Made by a program: the position numbers and the translations under genes
In this document: piece by piece, positions 31,551-36,220 of the stretch
Layout of the letters: each line of letters opens with the position of its first letter
How positions within the stretch are numbered: position 1 is the first letter of the stretch
Origin: a virus
Lineage: Duplodnaviria > Caudoviricetes
DNA: 36,220 nucleotides
Virus record (IMG/VR): IMGVR_UViG_3300044260_000048
Coordinates: 1-36,220 of that record
Reading direction: 5' to 3' (one strand)
The notes under the pieces: model-generated
Database searches by the model: none
Told to the model about the DNA's origin: nothing
What the model saw: only the letters and a program-made list of their open reading frames with translations

Positions 31551-33229
31551 CGGACGATCACCCAAGGCTCGACCTCGGGAGCGATCTCCGGCATCGTCAT
31601 CGCGGCCTCGAGCGCAAGGACATCGGCGACGGTCGAGTCGTTGCCGACGAAGCCGTCCTTCTCGAGCATGTACATCGTCCGGTCGCTCTCGAGCTCGGCG
31701 AGGTTGACCTTGCGCAGCCGCGTCGCCTTGACCTGGTCGGTCGTGAACTCGTCCCCGTCGTGGGAGTAGGGAAGCAGGAGCGGGCCGGGGAGGCCGGCTG
31801 CCTCCCATTCGCGGAGCATCCGGCTGGCGCCTCGGATCGCCGTGAGCCAGCGATCGACGGCGGGTGCCATCCGGCGCGCCTGGTTCGTGTCGAAGGCGAG
31901 GACGACCTCCTCGCCGTAGCGCTCCTGCAGGGCCTCGATCTCGGTCCACCAGCGAGGCGGATCGCAGAGCATCTTGCCGACCCGGTAGTAGGCGAAGACC
32001 TCGTGGATCCTCTGCATGACCTCCGGTCGCGGGACGCTCCAATCGAGCGCTCCTGCGGGGCGCGACCAGCGGCCGAGGATGAACGTGTAGCCCGAGCGCG
32101 TGCAGCCGCGCAGCACGGTCGCGTCGTGGTAGTCCGAGCCGTCGAAACCGAGCCCGATCGGCGTCCCCGCCGGTATCTCCCTCGGCAGCGCCAGGGCGTC
32201 CCAGCCGCGCGGATCCACGGCCCGCGACACGCCGGCGGTCGGGATGTTGAAGAAGAAGCGGAGCGCGTCCTCCCAGGGGGTGTCCGGGTCCCTGATGTCG
32301 GCAACCAGGCGGTGCAGGTCCACCCACCACGAGTCGCCGTAGGCCTCGCCGAGCGCGCCGAGCAGCCGGGCGTCATCCCAGCGTGGATCCGGCTCGAGCG
32401 CCGGGCGTTTCACGTCGAGCAGGATCCCGGGCGCCCCGGACTGCGCCGCCCTCACCGACCGCTCGGCGACCGACTCCTCGCCGAGGACCGGCGCGTTCGC
32501 GGTTTCGATCGTCCGGCTGTTCATCTTCGCCGCGTTGCGCCGGATCGTGCGGGCGAGCTTCGTCCCGCCGTTGCGGGACGTGTAGAGGTGCGTCTCGTCG
32601 AGGACGGCATCGGTGATCGGCTGCCCCTCGCGGGATCCGGCAGAGGCCGTGACCGGCTCCAGCTTGCCCGGGCGCCCGCGCAGGAACAGGCGGGTCAGGC
32701 CGTCGTCGATGCCCAGCAGACGCGCGGCCTTGTGGTCGTTCGCGGTGAGCATCTGGTAGATCGCCGAGTAGGTATTGTCGGTCTGGTCCTCCGAGACCGC
32801 GGCGATCTGGACCCAGGCCGGCGGGTGACCGCCCGTGCCCCAAGGACGCCCGGCGGGCTCACCGCCCGCGTCCCAACCGTCGAAGAGCACCGGGGCCGAG
32901 TCGTTCTCGCGGGCGGCGCCGAGACCGGCCAGCATGATCGCGCCGACCAGCGGGCTCTTGCCCCAGCCCTTTGCCCGCTGCTGGAGCCAGCGTCGATAGA
33001 TGAACCGGCCGGTCTCCGGGTGGATCGCGTACCAGAGCAGGACCCGGCGGGCCTGTTCGTCGGTCGGCATGAATGGCTGCGTCTCGTCGCGCGGCGACGC
33101 GAGGTAGCTCGTCATCCACTCGAGGACGCCGTAGCCGAGGGTCGGGACCTCACCGTCGTAGCGAGGACCTCGCCAGCCGCGCCGGACGATCGGGCGCCGT
33201 GCCGCCGCGGGGGCGATCGCGACGCTCAC
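31547..33229 (-). CDS. terL: Terminase large subunit
   Basis: Walker A AKGWGKS, Walker B AVLDETH, nuclease LGFDGS. Confidence 0.95.
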   Translation of the reverse strand: MSVAIAPAAARRPIVRRGWRGPRYDGEVPTLGYGVLEWMTSYLASPRDETQPFMPTDEQARRVLLWYAIHPETGRFIYRRWLQQRAKGWGKSPLVGAIMLAGLGAARENDSAPVLFDGWDAGGEPAGRPWGTGGHPPAWVQIAAVSEDQTDNTYSAIYQMLTANDHKAARLLGIDDGLTRLFLRGRPGKLEPVTASAGSREGQPITDAVLDETHLYTSRNGGTKLARTIRRNAAKMNSRTIETANAPVLGEESVAERSVRAAQSGAPGILLDVKRPALEPDPRWDDARLLGALGEAYGDSWWVDLHRLVADIRDPDTPWEDALRFFFNIPTAGVSRAVDPRGWDALALPREIPAGTPIGLGFDGSDYHDATVLRGCTRSGYTFILGRWSRPAGALDWSVPRPEVMQRIHEVFAYYRVGKMLCDPPRWWTEIEALQERYGEEVVLAFDTNQARRMAPAVDRWLTAIRGASRMLREWEAAGLPGPLLLPYSHDGDEFTTDQVKATRLRKVNLAELESDRTMYMLEKDGFVGNDSTVADVLALEAAMTMPEIAPEVEPWVIVR

Positions 33230-33666
33230 TCGTTGACGACCTTGAGGTGGGCGAACCGGCCGCGACTGGGCTCAGGGCTCGGTGAGCTTTCCTCCGCCTT
33301 CGGCAGCATCCACGGCGGCGTCCAACGGCGATCCTGCTGGCCCTTGGGCGTGATGCCGTAGGAGTCCATCAGCTGACGGAGCTCGGTCCGGTCCGACGAG
33401 CTCGCGACGCCGCGCTCAACCGCGTCGAAGATCCTGATGATCTGGCGCAGGACGGGCACGTCGTCGGAGGTCCAGTGGGCCGCGAACCAGGCGTGCATCC
33501 AGGTCATCCAGGTGATGCGGGACTGGCGGGCCATCCCGGTCGGCGGCTTCGGCACGTCGCCGTGCTGCCAGCCGATCCCCGGCGTCGCCTGCCACTCGCC
33601 GCGCTGCGGGGCGTGGCGCGTCCGGCGCTGGTCAGCCGGCTTTGGTGCGGGTCCTCGACCGGCCAC
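33226..33666 (-). CDS. terS: Terminase small subunit
   Basis: MAGRGPAPKP...ELRQ...YGITP...RRW; upstream of terL. Confidence 0.85.
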   Translation of the reverse strand: MAGRGPAPKPADQRRTRHAPQRGEWQATPGIGWQHGDVPKPPTGMARQSRITWMTWMHAWFAAHWTSDDVPVLRQIIRIFDAVERGVASSSDRTELRQLMDSYGITPKGQQDRRWTPPWMLPKAEESSPSPEPSRGRFAHLKVVNE

Positions 33667-34050
33667 TCAGCCGGTCCTCTGGGTCTGGCGACCGGGTAGC
33701 CGCAGACTTGCACGCACCGCGAAAGGGGCGCGCGGGTGTCCGAGGGCTCGACCCGAAGCCCGTCGTTGGCCCTCCCCCCTCCCTGCCCCTCGCGAGGCAT
33801 TGCAGTGCGCGCACGCCGGGCGGAGCGGGCCTCGACCATGGCCGACGACCTTGGGGATGACGTGGTCGGCGGTCGTCGCGACGCCGGTGCAGCCGGGCAG
33901 CCGCAGCTCGCAGGAACGACCCACCAGGGCAGCCCGCCCCGCTCGGTACTCCGCCGTGTGATAAGGCGCCTTGTACGCGCCCTCGCACCGACGGCAGCGA
34001 CTCCCGGTGGTGGGCACCCCGCAGTCAAGGCAACCTCGCTTCACCGGCAT
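33667..34050 (-). CDS. Packaging-associated HNH endonuclease (HK97 gp74-like)
   Basis: CLDCG...CRRC, C...C, ADHVIP, CAHCNASRG; directly upstream of terS; alternative start GTG 34086. Confidence 0.85.
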   Translation of the reverse strand: MPVKRGCLDCGVPTTGSRCRRCEGAYKAPYHTAEYRAGRAALVGRSCELRLPGCTGVATTADHVIPKVVGHGRGPLRPACAHCNASRGAGRGEGQRRASGRALGHPRAPFAVRASLRLPGRQTQRTG

Positions 34051-34082
34051 CAGCGCACCTCGAAGAAGGTGGGCAGACTCGC

Positions 34083-34343
34083 TCACGGCGGCGTCGTGCC
34101 CGGCGTCGTGGTCGTGGGCTGGCCCTGCCCGAGCGTCACGGCGCGTTCCGTCTGCCGCGCGGATGCGGATGCGCCCTCCTTCTGGAACGCCCAGCCCAAC
34201 ACCAGCCCTGTGATGCCGGTGAGGAAGGGCAGGAGCTGCTCGGACGGTACCTGGCTCGGGACGACGAGCAGGATGAAGGAGCCCACGAGCACGAGGACGG
34301 CGATGAGGTACGTCGCGACGATGCGGATCGTGTCGGTCTGCAT
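34083..34343 (-). CDS. Holin-like 2-TM protein
   Basis: Two TM helices and a polar tail. Confidence 0.6.
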   Translation of the reverse strand: MQTDTIRIVATYLIAVLVLVGSFILLVVPSQVPSEQLLPFLTGITGLVLGWAFQKEGASASARQTERAVTLGQGQPTTTTPGTTPP

Positions 34344-34642
34344 CAGGCCACCGGCGGCTCGGGCTCATAGATCGCCTTGACCTGATCGTCGACGCTCTGC
34401 ACCGTGGCGGCCACAGCCGCGAGTTCCTCGTCGGTGACCTGCCCTGCGGTGAGCGTGGCGACCTGTCCCTGGAGATCGGTCACGGTCACGCCGAGCGCGG
34501 CGAGCGCGTCGAGGACCTGCTGATGCTCTGCCGCCGCGTCCGCGCTGACGCTCTCGAGCGCTGCCTGGATGATGTCGAGTCGTGCCATCGTTGCCTTCTC
34601 CTGTCCCTTCAACCGCTTCCTAAGCCAGAACCACTCACTCAT
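34343..34642 (-). CDS. Coiled-coil hypothetical protein
   Basis: Heptad-like pattern; start may be ATG 34588. Confidence 0.6.
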   Translation of the reverse strand: MSEWFWLRKRLKGQEKATMARLDIIQAALESVSADAAAEHQQVLDALAALGVTVTDLQGQVATLTAGQVTDEELAAVAATVQSVDDQVKAIYEPEPPVA

Positions 34643-34811
34643 GGGCGGTCCACCTCCGACGCATCCAGACCGCGCCCGCGATGAGCGCCCAAACCGCGAA
34701 GAAGACGGGCACCGGGTGGGGCCAGCCTGAGATGCCGTAGGGGTCGAGCGAGCCGAGGACGATGGCGTAAAGGATCCCGATCGCCACGGCGGGCCAGAGC
34801 GTCCATCGCAT
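34635..34811 (-). CDS. 58-aa 2-TM membrane protein (not in the ORF track)
   Basis: MRWTLWPAVAIGILYAIVLGSLDPYGISGWPHPVPVFFAVWALIAGAVWMRRRWTAHE. Confidence 0.65.
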   Translation of the reverse strand: MRWTLWPAVAIGILYAIVLGSLDPYGISGWPHPVPVFFAVWALIAGAVWMRRRWTAHE

Positions 34812-34817
34812 CACACC

Positions 34818-35333
34818 GTGAACGGATATACTGCGAACGTGGACTTCGCCGAACGGTTCATGTCACACACCCGACCCGAAGGCGACTGCCTGGTCTGGAC
34901 CGGCACCCGACATCGCCAGGGCTACGGACTCACGAAGCAGGACGGCAGAACCCGCCGAGCTCATCGCGTCGCCTGGGAGCTCGAGCACGGCCAAGCCGTC
35001 CCACCCGGTCTGCTCGTCTGTCATTCCTGCGACAACCCGCCATGCGTCCGCGCAGCCCATCTCTTCCTGGGGACCATGCGCGACAACCGCAGAGATGCGA
35101 TGACCAAAGGCCGAACCGCGACTGGCGCGCGACATGGCTCCCGCACGCGACCCGACCGCGTACCGCGCGGACAGCGGAACGGGCTCGCCAAGATCAAGGA
35201 CGTGGAGCTGCCCACGATCAGGGATCGCATCGCGGCAGGCGAGAGCAACGCCGCGATCGCCAAGGACTACGGCGTCGTCCCTGGCGCCATCTGGAACATA
35301 CGGACGGGCGCGACGCATCGGCCTATCCCGTAG
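34818..35333 (+). CDS. HNH homing-type endonuclease with a C-terminal HTH, inserted antisense in the lysis module
   Basis: CLVWTG...AHRVAW...CHSCDNPPCVRAAHL...N; likely leaderless start GTG 34839 after TATACT (34827-34832). Confidence 0.9.
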   Translation: MNGYTANVDFAERFMSHTRPEGDCLVWTGTRHRQGYGLTKQDGRTRRAHRVAWELEHGQAVPPGLLVCHSCDNPPCVRAAHLFLGTMRDNRRDAMTKGRTATGARHGSRTRPDRVPRGQRNGLAKIKDVELPTIRDRIAAGESNAAIAKDYGVVPGAIWNIRTGATHRPIP

Positions 35334-35520
35334 TGAACAGGTGGCCGAGCAGAAGCCCAGCCCCGAGGCCGACGAGGAAGCCGATCGGCGGCCACGCCTT
35401 GCTGAAGCGCCACACCTGCTCGCTGATCGTCGGGGCGTGATGGACGGCCTGCCACACCTCGTAGCAGGCGAACGCCGCGAACGCGGCGATGACGAGGAGC
35501 GGCAGCGTGAGGTCACCCAA
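35323..35520 (-). CDS. Small 2-TM membrane protein in the lysis module
   Basis: Two hydrophobic helices around PTISE; directly after the peptidase. Confidence 0.65.
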   Translation of the reverse strand: MGDLTLPLLVIAAFAAFACYEVWQAVHHAPTISEQVWRFSKAWPPIGFLVGLGAGLLLGHLFTTG

Positions 35521-36220
35521 GCTGAGCCGTCCCGATCTGGCTCACGTCGGCGCGATTGACGCGCACCTGCTGGAGCACGCCGCCGGTGCTGATGGCAATC
35601 GCGCACTGCGTCGCGCTGATGTCGCCGAGCGTCCAGCGCGTGGCCGCGGCGCCAAGCTTCACGAGCGGGGCGTTCGTGTCGAGCGTGTAGAACTGCGTAC
35701 CCGTCGGCATGGACACGAGCCGCCGGACGCTGTTCGTGATCGGGAACACGGTGACCTCCGGCTTCGGGGCATCGATCTTGTCGGTGACATGCCAGCCCTC
35801 GGCCCACATGTAGGAGCGGTCCCAGAACGCCGGGTCCATGTCGAAGTGGCCGGCGATCGGGTGCTTGCCCCAGGTGGCACCCCAGGTCTGGTGGAACGTG
35901 AAACGCAGGACGCCGCCCAGGGTCCGCCAGCCGCAGGCCGAGTAGGCGTGGCCGCCGACGAGCGTGCCGATCGGCGCCTTGAGACAGCCGGCCGCGTCGG
36001 TCAGCCCCCAGTTCGCATCCCAGCCCGAGTCGAGCTGCGTCGGGCCGAGCTGGCGGATGGTCGCCTGGAGGAGCGCGATGAAGGCGTCCGACTTCGTCGG
36101 CGTCGGGAGGCCGTAGTAGCCGGTGATCGTCCGGGCCACGCCATCGGTCGTCACCCAGCCGCGAGCCTTGACCGAATCCCAGAGCTGGGGCGGCCAGAGG
36201 CCTGGCGACGTGTCGTTCGG
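35513..36220 (-). CDS. Papain-like cysteine peptidase, 3' part (starts at 436)
   Basis: GGHAYSACGW (catalytic His), FHQTWGATWG (NSWG-like), then a ~80-aa C-terminal beta domain. Confidence 0.8.
   Translation of the reverse strand, partial: PNDTSPGLWPPQLWDSVKARGWVTTDGVARTITGYYGLPTPTKSDAFIALLQATIRQLGPTQLDSGWDANWGLTDAAGCLKAPIGTLVGGHAYSACGWRTLGGVLRFTFHQTWGATWGKHPIAGHFDMDPAFWDRSYMWAEGWHVTDKIDAPKPEVTVFPITNSVRRLVSMPTGTQFYTLDTNAPLVKLGAAATRWTLGDISATQCAIAISTGGVLQQVRVNRADVSQIGTAQLG
36094..36220. repeat. Terminal direct repeat (copy 2)
   Basis: Identical to 1-127. Confidence 0.95.

Noticed and set aside
12845-33361. Long + strand ORFs (e.g. 14721-16661, 18081-19592, 23318-25624, 29635-31185, 31760-33361)
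   Set aside because: Antisense shadows of real - strand genes in high-GC DNA; no recognisable motifs
33670-33800. Exact cos site
   Set aside because: The position is plausible but cohesive ends cannot be located without read termini

Overview
This window is an apparently complete, circularly assembled genome of a high-GC temperate tailed phage with siphovirus-type genes (36,093 bp unique; bases 1-127 repeat exactly as 36094-36220). Almost all genes are on the - strand. Around the circle they run: cro-like gene -> recombination/replication genes (Cas4-like nuclease, ERF, DNA methyltransferase, initiator with iterons, RusA) -> xis -> int -> attP (3' half of tRNA-His) -> arm-domain/HNH fusion and LuxR-type HTH -> structured leader -> putative lysis module (small membrane proteins plus a papain-like peptidase split by the contig ends) -> HNH/terminase/portal/S49 protease/HK97-fold capsid -> neck and tail -> tail fibre. 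The + strand carries a repressor, a small TM peptide, a GT87-like glycosyltransferase and an inserted HNH endonuclease. Most notable observations: (1) one ~81-aa module inserted in-frame in three unrelated virion proteins; (2) a portal with an extra domain plus an HTH, next to tandem repeats; (3) an integrase-arm-domain/HNH fusion beside attP; (4) a papain-like protease where the endolysin is expected; (5) an antisense ORF resembling the repressor's C-terminal helix, with its own promoter; (6) three gene cassettes flanked by direct repeats at stop/start junctions. All family calls come from motif recognition by eye, not database searches. The host (high-GC Actinomycetota or Chloroflexota) is only inferred.
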